Of a stretch of DNA of 64,000 bases, positions 27,904 to 36,646 are shown in pieces. Numbering within the stretch: the stretch's first letter is position 1; each line of letters begins with the position of its first letter. The DNA is taken from NCBI GenBank assembly GCA_029564765.1, contig JAKQPK010000013.1, positions 219,164-283,163 of the forward strand. Direction: 5' to 3'. The notes under the pieces were generated by a model. The model worked only from the letters and a program-made list of their open reading frames with translations, did no database searches and was not told where the DNA came from. Origin of the DNA: Candidatus Omnitrophota bacterium (GTDB lineage: Bacteria > Omnitrophota > Gorgyraeia > Zapsychrales > Aceulaceae). The translations under genes and the position numbers were made by a program.

Positions 27904-29283
27904 GTGGAGAGAAAAAAAGTTTTAGGGTTTTGGGATCTAGCGCTGTTCTCGTTCTGCGCGATCTTTGGCATCGAAGCGATCGCGGCCTCGGCGGCTATTG
28001 GGCCTTCGGCGATCTTTTGGTGGCTTGTCTGCCTTGTGGGCTTCTTTTTGCCTTTTAGCTTGATCTCCGCGGAATTGGGTTCCGCGTACCCTGATCAGGG
28101 TGGTGTCTACATCTGGATCAAAAAAGCCTTTGGGGCCCGATGGGCGGCCAGGGCGATCTGGTGTTATTGGATCGCTTTGCCGTTATGGTTGCCCGCGATC
28201 TATATCGCGATCGTTCAGATCTTAAGCCACATGTTCTTCCCCGGCCTTGCTCTTTGGCCGCAAATAGCGATCGGGGTTATTCTCATATGGTTTTCTGTTG
28301 TTGTTAATCTCTGTCCGCTTAAGTTTTCTAAATGGGTGCCTAACATCGGCTCCGTCGCGCGATTTTTGGTGATCGCTGGGATGATCGCTGCCGCGGTTTT
28401 GTATTTCTTAAAGAATGGAAATTTTGCTAATGCTATCACATGGGCGAACATTTTGCCGGATCCCAACGCGGCGATCATCTTTGTCCCGATGATCATTTAT
28501 AATCTCTTGGGTTGTGAGCTGGTGTCTGGGGCTGCTGGGGAAATGAAGGATCCTAAAAAGGATGTGCCTAGAGCGGTTATTTTCTCAGCGCTTATCATCG
28601 CATTCTTTTACGTGATCACGACCGTGACGGTTTGGGTCGTCGTTCCGGTTGCTGATATCAATGTTGCCAGCGGGATTTTCCAAATGTTCGCCATTGCTTT
28701 TGAAGGTTATGGGGCCGTGCAAAGCATTCTGGTCATGACCGGCCTTTTGATCTCTTTTGCGCTCTTTGCGGAGATCGTAGCCTGGAACTTAGGCGAGAAC
28801 CGCACGGTGGCCGAAGCGGCCTGCAATGGTGAGCTTCCAAAAGTCTTGGGAAAGGTGACCGCAAAGTCTCAAGCGCCTCTGGGGGCTTCGATCGTCTCAG
28901 GGGTGATCTCAACGGCAGTGATCATTGTTTATGGATTTATTGCCCGAAATAGCTCTGAGCTTTTTTGGCACATCGTGTCCTTTAGTTTAGTGGTTGAGTT
29001 GTTCACCTATCTGATGTTGTTCCCGGCCTTTGTTGCGCTGCGAAAGAAAGATAAAGATATCGAGAGGCCTTATCGGGTGCCGGGCCCGCAATGGCTTGTG
29101 ATATTCTTGGCGGTCATGGCGGAACTGTTCATCGTCATGGCCATGGCTATCTTGTTCCTTCAGCCTGGGCATGGTCTTATCAGGTCAGCCTTGCCGTTGA
29201 TCGTTGGGGTTTTTATTACTCTGGCAGCTGGAGAGACCTTTATCGTTACGTCTATGCGAAAGCGAAAAGAATGCCACGCGTAA
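27904..29283 (+). CDS. APC family amino acid/polyamine permease
   Basis: About 12 TM; AELGSAYP.QGG.Y.W, AGEMKDPKKDVPRA, RPYRVPG. Confidence 0.9.
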   Translation: MERKKVLGFWDLALFSFCAIFGIEAIAASAAIGPSAIFWWLVCLVGFFLPFSLISAELGSAYPDQGGVYIWIKKAFGARWAARAIWCYWIALPLWLPAIYIAIVQILSHMFFPGLALWPQIAIGVILIWFSVVVNLCPLKFSKWVPNIGSVARFLVIAGMIAAAVLYFLKNGNFANAITWANILPDPNAAIIFVPMIIYNLLGCELVSGAAGEMKDPKKDVPRAVIFSALIIAFFYVITTVTVWVVVPVADINVASGIFQMFAIAFEGYGAVQSILVMTGLLISFALFAEIVAWNLGENRTVAEAACNGELPKVLGKVTAKSQAPLGASIVSGVISTAVIIVYGFIARNSSELFWHIVSFSLVVELFTYLMLFPAFVALRKKDKDIERPYRVPGPQWLVIFLAVMAELFIVMAMAILFLQPGHGLIRSALPLIVGVFITLAAGETFIVTSMRKRKECHA

Positions 29284-29293
29284 GGCATCGCTT

Positions 29294-30667
29294 ATGATTT
29301 GGAAGAAAATCGGTTGCTATTTTTTTGTTGGCTGTTTACTTTTGACCGCCGCGTGCGCGCCAAAAGAACGCAAAGGTTATGCGCCGCCTTCGATCATCCC
29401 AGGCACAATAGAGGAAATGAAAAGCCCGGGATTTTGGACAAGTCAAGATCCGTTGGCCGATCAGGTTGTCTTAGACAAAGACGGCATTGCTCAGCTTAAC
29501 GCGCAAGTTCAGAATGATCTTGGCTTGATAACCGATGTGATGGCGGTTGGCCCAGATTGCGATGGAGCAAAGCTGCGCGCGGAGCTGGAGAAAATCTTTG
29601 TTGAGCTTGGCTTGGAAAAACTTTTTGGCAAGAATGCGCTGCGTTTGAAGCGGCAAGAGATCCAGGCTGTTAATCAAAATATGAACACGGCAAGCATCGC
29701 GCCTGTTGTCAGTGTGCGCTATGGCGCTATCAGTCGGTGCGCAGACCAAAGGCTTTTGCCAACGGACGCTCTCGCGGTCAAAAAGCCGGGCGATGTGGAG
29801 TTTGACGAACTGCAGAACAGCTCTTTGGATATCGGAACGCCTTTGGCTATTTTGCATGAAAGTAAGGATGGTGCGTGGTTTTATGTCCATGCACCCAGTA
29901 GCGTCGGTTGGGTGAAAAAAGATCATGTTGTCATCTGTCCTTTGGCAGAGCTGAAAAGTTATTTGGCGCAAGCGCCTTTTGTTGTCGTGACAACTGCCAA
30001 GGCGGATATCTTTTGGGATGCCGCGCGCACACAATACGTCGATACGGTCCGCATGGGGGCTATGTTTCCATGCAATGTGGATGCGAATTCGGATGTTGTA
30101 GAAATTACGATCCCTTCTGTGTCTGCTGAGCGAAATGGTATTTGGCAAAAAGCGTACATCAAAAAAGACAATATTCATGTTGGGTTTCTACCTTATACGC
30201 CACGTACGATGATTGAGCAAGCGTTCAGATTGCTGAACGCGCCTTACGGCTGGGGTGGCGCGAATGGCGAGCAAGATTGTTCGAGCTTTCTACAGGAAAT
30301 CTTTGCTACGGTTGGCATTCGGTTGCCGCGGAATTCCGGTGATCAGGGAAAGGTTGGAAGATCTTTGGGGACATGGGGTGCGCAGGCAAGCGATAGCATC
30401 AAGGAGGGCGCGCTGCGCGCCTTTGCTCTGCCAGGGGCGACGATCGTGCAGCTTAATGGCCATGTGCTTTTATATCTGGGAACTTATCAAAATATTCCTT
30501 ACGTTATTCACGCCACTTATGGCTATCGTGAAAAGGTGTGGTATGGAGAGATCTTGCGCAAGGTTAATCGTGTGATCGTTAGCGATCTTTCTTTGGGCGC
30601 GGGAACAAAAAAAGGATCTTTGTTAAACCGTATTGTATCTATTCGTTTGGTCGATCATGAAAAATAA
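29294..30667 (+). CDS. SH3b/NlpC-P60 lipoprotein (YkfC-like peptidoglycan peptidase)
   Basis: Lipobox LTAAC; SH3-like region (GAWFYV...GWV); PYGWGG...DCSS catalytic Cys, GHV His, IH. Confidence 0.88.
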   Translation: MIWKKIGCYFFVGCLLLTAACAPKERKGYAPPSIIPGTIEEMKSPGFWTSQDPLADQVVLDKDGIAQLNAQVQNDLGLITDVMAVGPDCDGAKLRAELEKIFVELGLEKLFGKNALRLKRQEIQAVNQNMNTASIAPVVSVRYGAISRCADQRLLPTDALAVKKPGDVEFDELQNSSLDIGTPLAILHESKDGAWFYVHAPSSVGWVKKDHVVICPLAELKSYLAQAPFVVVTTAKADIFWDAARTQYVDTVRMGAMFPCNVDANSDVVEITIPSVSAERNGIWQKAYIKKDNIHVGFLPYTPRTMIEQAFRLLNAPYGWGGANGEQDCSSFLQEIFATVGIRLPRNSGDQGKVGRSLGTWGAQASDSIKEGALRAFALPGATIVQLNGHVLLYLGTYQNIPYVIHATYGYREKVWYGEILRKVNRVIVSDLSLGAGTKKGSLLNRIVSIRLVDHEK

Positions 30668-31790
30668 AAAAATCTTCTATCTTATTTTTGTTGTTGCTGT
30701 GCTTACGCTTGCCGTTGGGATTTTGCGGAACGTGACAGAAAAGAAATTAAGAAGCGATATTGGCCAGATGCTGATCATTGGTTTTCGAGGGACAGAAGTA
30801 AGCGAGGGTTCGTTCATTGTCAAAGCCATTCGAGAGCTTAACATAGGCGGCGTCATTCTTTTTGATATTGACGGCCCAACAAAAAGTTTTCCGAGGAATA
30901 TCGTTAATGCGCAGCAGGTTAGCGCACTGATCGCGGGTTTAAAGAAGAATGCGAAAACACCTTTGATCGTGGCTGTGGACGCGGAAGGAGGAGGGGTCAA
31001 CCGTTTAAAGCCTGATTATGGTTTTATTGCGATGCCGGGTGCTCAAGAGTTGGGTGGAAGAGATGATCTTGCGTTAACGCGAAGAATTTCCGGAGAGCTT
31101 GCCAGCCAGTTATCGCAGCTTGGTTTTAACGTGAATTTTGCGCCATGCGTGGATCTGGGCGTTAATCTGGACAATCCTGTCATTGCTCGCATGGGCCGTT
31201 CGTTCTCGGCGGACGCGGAAACTGTTGTCCGCCATGCGGCCGCGTTCATTAAGGGTCAGAAGGATCATGGTATCCTGACCGCTATCAAGCATTTTCCCGG
31301 GCATGGCAGTTCTCAGCAGGACAGCCATAAAGGCCTCACGGATGTGACCGCGACCTATAAAGCGAACGAGCTGATCCCTTATCAAGAACTAATCAAGGAC
31401 GGCATCGTTGATATGGTCATGACCGCGCATATTATAAATAAGAACATTGACGATCGTTATCCTGCGACATTGTCAGGCCGTTACATTCAGGAGATCTTGC
31501 GAGAAAGGCTTGGTTTTCAGGGTGTTGTTGTTTCTGATGACCTACAAATGGGGGCGATCACAGAGCATTATGGATTTCAGGAGGCTGTCATCCGCGCGGT
31601 TTTAGCAGGATGCGACCTTTTAGTTATTTCCAACAATGGGAAAGTCTATGATGAAACAGCTGCGCGCCAGGCGAGGGATATCATTTATCAAGCGGTCAAA
31701 GATGGCGTGATTCCGCCGTGCAGAATCAAAGAGTCTTTGCGACGTCTTTACAATATGAAAGCGAGGTTGCACAGTGGATTCAGCAAATAA
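30657..31790 (+). CDS. nagZ: GH3 beta-N-acetylhexosaminidase (NagZ-like), membrane-anchored or exported
   Basis: GQMLIIGF, DAEGGGVNRL, KHFPGHGS...DSH, SDDLQM. Confidence 0.85.
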   Translation: MKNKKIFYLIFVVAVLTLAVGILRNVTEKKLRSDIGQMLIIGFRGTEVSEGSFIVKAIRELNIGGVILFDIDGPTKSFPRNIVNAQQVSALIAGLKKNAKTPLIVAVDAEGGGVNRLKPDYGFIAMPGAQELGGRDDLALTRRISGELASQLSQLGFNVNFAPCVDLGVNLDNPVIARMGRSFSADAETVVRHAAAFIKGQKDHGILTAIKHFPGHGSSQQDSHKGLTDVTATYKANELIPYQELIKDGIVDMVMTAHIINKNIDDRYPATLSGRYIQEILRERLGFQGVVVSDDLQMGAITEHYGFQEAVIRAVLAGCDLLVISNNGKVYDETAARQARDIIYQAVKDGVIPPCRIKESLRRLYNMKARLHSGFSK

Positions 31791-32229
31791 CGCGGATGCG
31801 TATTTACAGGCGGCCATTGAAGAAGCGAGAAAAGGATTAAGTGAGGGTGGAATTCCGATAGGGTCGGTTCTTGTGCACAAGGGCAAGATCATCGGCCGCG
31901 GGCATAATCGGCGCGTACAAAGAAAGAGCGCTATTTTGCACGCGGAAATGGATGCTTTAGAGAGCGCGGGACGTCTTCCGGCTTCAGCTTATCAAGAGAG
32001 TGTACTTTATACAACACTTTCACCATGCGCGATGTGCTCAGGCGCTATCTTGCTTTATAAGATCCCGCGTGTTATTATCGGTGAGAATACAACATTCATA
32101 GGTGAAGAAAATCTTCTGAGAAGCCGTAGGGTTGAAGTTGAAGTCTTGCAAGATGAGGACTGCATTCAGATGATGCGGGAATTTATCCAGAAGAATCCCA
32201 ATCTTTGGAACGAAGATATAGGTGTTTGA
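31774..32229 (+). CDS. Cytosine/nucleoside deaminase (Fcy1-like Zn deaminase)
   Basis: EGGIPIGSVL, GRGHNRRVQ, HAE and PCAMC Zn motifs, WNEDIG C-terminus. Confidence 0.88.
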   Translation: MDSANNADAYLQAAIEEARKGLSEGGIPIGSVLVHKGKIIGRGHNRRVQRKSAILHAEMDALESAGRLPASAYQESVLYTTLSPCAMCSGAILLYKIPRVIIGENTTFIGEENLLRSRRVEVEVLQDEDCIQMMREFIQKNPNLWNEDIGV

Positions 32230-32260
32230 AACTTAAAGATAATACTGATAAGCTACCTTT

Positions 32261-33391
32261 ATGGCGCCAGCAAAAATAACTCTTCAGTGCGATCAATCCC
32301 TTCACGTGCTTTCCGTTGAGATAGGCGGGGACTGGCAGCTTTCCGACAAGGTCCCTTGCGTGGATGAGGTATGCCAGCAATTTTCGACAAATCCTGATAT
32401 CACAAAAGTTATCGTGAACGCTTCTCAGCTTTCTGATTGGGACAGCAGCCTCCTTTCGTTTTTATGCCACTTAGCTCGTGAATGTCAGAATAAAAAAATA
32501 ACGGTGCAATATGACAGCTTTCCGGAAGGTGTTGAAAGCTTAGTCGCTCTTTCTTTGCAAGAGATCGGGGCAGAGATCACGCCTAAAGCATCTTCGCAGA
32601 CATTTTTGGTGAAAGCTGCCGAACGTTTTTTTGCTGCTAGAAAAAGTATTCTGATCTTGTTGGATTTTTTAGGGGAGATCATCTGTGCTCTCGGACGGCT
32701 GATAGCAGGAAAAGCTTATTTTCGCTGGAATGATTTTTGGATTTTTGTACAGCGCTGCGGAGCTGATGCCTTGGGACTTGTTTCCTTGATCAGTTTGTTG
32801 GTAGGCGTTATCCTCGCATTCGTAGGAGCGATGCAGTTAAAATTATTCGGAGCGCAAATCTATATCGCTGATATTGTTGGTATTGCGATGGTGCGCGTTA
32901 TGGGCGCTGTGATGACAGGGATCATCATGTCAGGGCGTACGGGAGCGAGTTTTGCGGCAGAGTTAGGTATCATGCAGGCTAATGAAGAGATCGATGCGTT
33001 TAAAACGATCGGTGTTAATCCTGTGGAATTCTTAGTGACGCCTCGGCTTTTGGCCTTGGTGGTCATGATGCCGCTGTTAACGTTGTACGCGAATTTCATG
33101 GGGATCTTGGGCGGCTTTGCGATCAGCGCGAGCATGCTCAATCTTAATCCGGTTGAATACTTAAATCATACACAGGTTGCGGTTAAGATCAATAATCTAT
33201 GGGTGGGGTTGATCCATGGCATTGTCTTTGGGATCATTATTGCTGTTTGTGGATGTCTTCGAGGCATGCAATGTGAACGAAGCTCTGCCGGTGTTGGAGA
33301 GGCGACAACATCCGCTGTGGTGACTGCCATTACCTCGATCGTTGTTGCCACAGCGATCATTACCTTTATTTGCCAGATCTTAGGAGTATAG
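32261..33391 (+). CDS. mlaE: MlaE-family ABC permease with N-terminal STAS-like domain
   Basis: GRTGASFAAELG.MQANEEIDA, LVTPRLLAL, GVGEATTSAVV. Confidence 0.9.
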   Translation: MAPAKITLQCDQSLHVLSVEIGGDWQLSDKVPCVDEVCQQFSTNPDITKVIVNASQLSDWDSSLLSFLCHLARECQNKKITVQYDSFPEGVESLVALSLQEIGAEITPKASSQTFLVKAAERFFAARKSILILLDFLGEIICALGRLIAGKAYFRWNDFWIFVQRCGADALGLVSLISLLVGVILAFVGAMQLKLFGAQIYIADIVGIAMVRVMGAVMTGIIMSGRTGASFAAELGIMQANEEIDAFKTIGVNPVEFLVTPRLLALVVMMPLLTLYANFMGILGGFAISASMLNLNPVEYLNHTQVAVKINNLWVGLIHGIVFGIIIAVCGCLRGMQCERSSAGVGEATTSAVVTAITSIVVATAIITFICQILGV

Positions 33392-33394
33392 CGC

Positions 33395-34168
33395 ATGGTT
33401 ACATCAAGACATCCGATCTTACAAGTGCATCAGCTGGACCTTGCGTATGATGATCATGTTGTCATGAGAGACCTTAATTTTAGTGTCAACCGCGGCGAGG
33501 TTTTCGTTATCATGGGCGGCAGCGGATGCGGGAAAAGTACCTTGCTTAAAGTCTTGATAGGCCTTAAAAAGCCGGCGCAGGGTCAGGTTGTGTACGACAA
33601 TAAGGATTTTTGGGCCGTGGACCATGCCCGCCAACAGATGCTCTTAAAACGTTTTGGTGTGCTTTATCAAAGCGGGGCTTTGTGGAGCTCTTTGACCGTT
33701 GGAGAGAATGTCGCGCTTCCCTTACAGCTTTACTCTGCCTTGACGCCAGCACAAATAAAAGACATGGTTCATCTTAAGCTTTCGTTGGTAGGGCTAGGCG
33801 GATATGAAGATCTTTATCCTAGCGAGCTTAGCGGTGGGATGCGTAAACGCGCAGGGCTTGCGCGCGCGATCGCGCTGGATCCGGATATCGTATTCTTTGA
33901 TGAGCCTTCCGCGGGGCTTGACCCGGTGAGCGCTCGGATGCTCGATGATCTGATCTTGCAGTTAAGAGATTATGTGGGCGCAACGATCGTCGTTGTGACG
34001 CATGAATTGGCGAGTATTTTCGCGATCGCGGATAACGCGATCTTCTTGGATGCTCAAAAAAAGACGTTAACCGCGGCCGGAAATCCCAAGGATCTTTTGG
34101 CGCGTTCCCATGACCCTAACGTGATCCAATTTTTAACCAGAGGCGAGAAACAAGGAGTGAAGGGATGA
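33395..34168 (+). CDS. mlaF: MlaF/Mkl-family ABC ATPase
   Basis: GGSGCGKST, LSGGMRKRAGLARA, DEPSAGLDP. Confidence 0.92.
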   Translation: MVTSRHPILQVHQLDLAYDDHVVMRDLNFSVNRGEVFVIMGGSGCGKSTLLKVLIGLKKPAQGQVVYDNKDFWAVDHARQQMLLKRFGVLYQSGALWSSLTVGENVALPLQLYSALTPAQIKDMVHLKLSLVGLGGYEDLYPSELSGGMRKRAGLARAIALDPDIVFFDEPSAGLDPVSARMLDDLILQLRDYVGATIVVVTHELASIFAIADNAIFLDAQKKTLTAAGNPKDLLARSHDPNVIQFLTRGEKQGVKG

Positions 34169-34851
34169 GTAAACAGGCAAGTAAAACTCTGATCGGTGCG
34201 TTCGTAGTCGGAGCGGTGGCCCTGCTGGTCATATCAACCGTTGTTTTTGGAGCCAGTACGTTGTTTAAAAGGACCAATAAATATGTTTTGTTCTTCGACG
34301 GATCTATTAAAGGGCTTTCTGTCGGGGCTCCGGTTATTTTACGGGGAGTTAAGATCGGTGCTGTTAAAGACATTCACCTTGTTTATGACCCCTCCATCGA
34401 AGATCTGGTAATTCCGGTTATTATTGAGGTTGAACCGTCTAAGATCAGAAATTTGCCGCCCCGGCTCAGCATTGAGGATTATAACGAATTGATCAAGTCC
34501 GGCTTGCGCGCCAAGCTTGATATCGATAGTTTTATTACCGGACAGCTGATGATCGGCTTGGATTTCTATGAGAATAAGCCAGCTACCTTGCATAAGGTCG
34601 CTAAGAAATATCCAGAGATCCCTACCTTGCCCACCTCACCTGACATTTTTCAGCTGATGGACGATCTACCGATCAAAGAGATCGCGGATGACCTGAAACA
34701 AACTGTGGCCGGGATCAACAAATTGATCAATTCCCAAGGGTCTTACGGCCTAAGCAATATGTTGAACGAATTGTCTCAGGCGGCACGTTCCATTCGGCTG
34801 CTGGTCGAGTATCTTGAGGTTCATCCGGAAGCGATCCTTAAAGGAAAATAG
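34165..34851 (+). CDS. mlaD: MlaD/MCE-domain protein (PqiB-like)
   Basis: IGAFVVG TM; F.GSIKGLSVGAPV..RGV.IG.V; GLRAKL...ITGQL. Confidence 0.88.
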   Translation: MSKQASKTLIGAFVVGAVALLVISTVVFGASTLFKRTNKYVLFFDGSIKGLSVGAPVILRGVKIGAVKDIHLVYDPSIEDLVIPVIIEVEPSKIRNLPPRLSIEDYNELIKSGLRAKLDIDSFITGQLMIGLDFYENKPATLHKVAKKYPEIPTLPTSPDIFQLMDDLPIKEIADDLKQTVAGINKLINSQGSYGLSNMLNELSQAARSIRLLVEYLEVHPEAILKGK

Positions 34852-34865
34852 ACAAAGGAGAAAAT

Positions 34866-35513
34866 ATGCGACACAGGTTCTCGATCATTGTAAATATTTT
34901 TGTTTGCGCCTTCATCTTGAGCGGATGCATTTCGGTTGCTCGCAGCCCTTCTCCGCGGTTTTATAGGTTGAGCTCGTTAAGCTTAGAGCAGTCTTGCGAG
35001 AAAGTAAAGATCGCTGCGGATACGTTGATCGGCGTTGGGCCGGTCAGGATCCCGGATTATTTGAACCGCCCTCAGATCGTCACGGTAAATAAGGACAAAA
35101 CAATGGCGTTCGCGCAGTTTGACCGCTGGGGAGAATCATTAGACGTTGCCGTGACAAGGGTCCTGGATGAGAATTTGACATTTCTTTTAGAGGGAAGCGA
35201 TGTGCAGATGCATCCTTGGAACATGTTCGTTCCGGTCAGGTTTCAGGTGACTCTGGAGGTGATCCGACTGGATATTGACCTTAAGCAAGATGTGGAATTG
35301 GTGGTCCAGTGGTCTATTTTAGACCTTAAAGATAAGAATTTTATTTTTAGCCAAAGATCGGTATTGCGCGCAGCTGTTGAGCCTTTAAGCTATGCGGGCG
35401 CTGAACGCGCCATTAGCATAGTGCTATCACAGTTAAGTTCTGAAATTGCCCATGAGTTATCGCGACTGTTGACCATGCATCAGGAAAAAAAGCAGCACAC
35501 GATCGCGATCTAG
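34866..35513 (+). CDS. pqiC: PqiC-like ABC-transport auxiliary lipoprotein
   Basis: Lipobox LSGC; FYRL, GPV.IPDYLNRPQIV, RWGESL. Confidence 0.85.
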   Translation: MRHRFSIIVNIFVCAFILSGCISVARSPSPRFYRLSSLSLEQSCEKVKIAADTLIGVGPVRIPDYLNRPQIVTVNKDKTMAFAQFDRWGESLDVAVTRVLDENLTFLLEGSDVQMHPWNMFVPVRFQVTLEVIRLDIDLKQDVELVVQWSILDLKDKNFIFSQRSVLRAAVEPLSYAGAERAISIVLSQLSSEIAHELSRLLTMHQEKKQHTIAI

Positions 35514-35553
35514 GTTCAGCGATCGTTAAAAAAGTTATTCAAGGAGGGATCAT

Positions 35554-35799
35554 ATGGCGATAAAAGTAAAAAAACATGAACACACATGCCCCACATGCCA
35601 GAAAAAGACAAACGAGGCGGGCCATCTTTGTGTCCCAACAAGGCTGTCACATAAAAAATGTGATTGGTGCGGGGCGTTCATTCCCAACGTCCGGCATCTT
35701 TGCGACAAGAAGCTGCGCGATGTTTCGTATATTTGTAACAGCTGCGGCCGTACTGCTGTGAAGCCTGAATTTTTATGCAAGCCACAACGCATTAAATAA
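35554..35799 (+). CDS. Small Cys/His-rich protein (putative metal binding)
   Basis: AGGAGG RBS; CPTC...GHLC, CDWC...RHLC, CNSCGR...LCKP. Confidence 0.75.
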   Translation: MAIKVKKHEHTCPTCQKKTNEAGHLCVPTRLSHKKCDWCGAFIPNVRHLCDKKLRDVSYICNSCGRTAVKPEFLCKPQRIK

Positions 35800-35810
35800 G
35801 AGGAGCTATC

Positions 35811-36383
35811 ATGAACTATCTTGTTATTTACGCGCATCCGAACCCAAAAAGCTTCTGCCATGCGATCAAAGAAGAGGTTATTGCTCATATAAAAAAACAA
35901 GGGGGAAAGTGCGAGACCCGGGACTTGTACCAGATGGGCTTTAATCCAGTCCTTGGCTCATCGGATTTTGTGCAATTTTTGCAGAAAAGAACTCCTGAGG
36001 ACATCCAGAAAGAACAAGATCTTGTTCGACAGGCGGATATCCTTGTTTTTGTTTATCCGGTCTGGTGGTTTAGCATGCCAGCGATCCTCAAAGGTTATGT
36101 TGACCGCGTGTTTTTCCGGGGGTTTGCTTATGATTACAAAGGGCCTATGATCCAAGGCCTGTTAAAAGGCAAGAAAGCGATCCTGCTCTCAACGACCGGA
36201 GGCCCGCGTTTCGCGTATTATCTTTTAGGATATCTGTCGGCGATGAAGACGACCATTGATGTGGGGATCCTGAACTTCTGCGGCATCAAGGTCGCTTTGC
36301 ACAAGTATTTTTACGCGGTACCAACAGTTGGTGACGCAGCCCGCAAGAAGATGCTTGCAAGCATCCCTAAGATCATATCTTAA
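35811..36383 (+). CDS. NAD(P)H dehydrogenase (quinone), flavodoxin-like fold
   Basis: YAHPNPKSF, RDLY, YPVWWFSMPAILKGYVDRVF, STTGG. Confidence 0.92.
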   Translation: MNYLVIYAHPNPKSFCHAIKEEVIAHIKKQGGKCETRDLYQMGFNPVLGSSDFVQFLQKRTPEDIQKEQDLVRQADILVFVYPVWWFSMPAILKGYVDRVFFRGFAYDYKGPMIQGLLKGKKAILLSTTGGPRFAYYLLGYLSAMKTTIDVGILNFCGIKVALHKYFYAVPTVGDAARKKMLASIPKIIS

Positions 36384-36432
36384 ATTTCTCGTCATCACTT
36401 TTTTTCTAAGAAGCTTTGTGCTATACTGCAAT

Positions 36433-36549
36433 TAACTCAGAGAAGTCGCCAGTACTTCGGCTAACTTCATGAGGTAAGAAGATTTCCTCAATCTAAGGGG
36501 GCGAGCAAGCCGAGGGCGTCTGAGGCAAAAAAATCGCCCCCTTTTTTAT
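36433..36549 (+). ncRNA. Candidate structured intergenic RNA (family unknown)
   Basis: TG-n-TATACT promoter (36422-27); complementary segments CTCAGA/TCTGAG, CTTCGGCT/AGCCGAGG, TGAGG/CCTCA, AAGGGGGCGA/TCGCCCCCTT, then a T-tract. Confidence 0.5.
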
Positions 36550-36646
36550 TGCCCTTTCCAAAAAACCTTTTGCTTTTTCCTTGTTAAATCTTACAATATG
36601 TTAAGCATTTGACCGTATTCTTTTATCAGATCCAGGAGGTTGTCTT

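Noticed and set aside
36455-36530. c-di-AMP or ZTP riboswitch match
   Set aside because: Only short fragments (GCTAACTTC; CGTCTGAGGC) resemble the consensus; the other conserved elements are missing.
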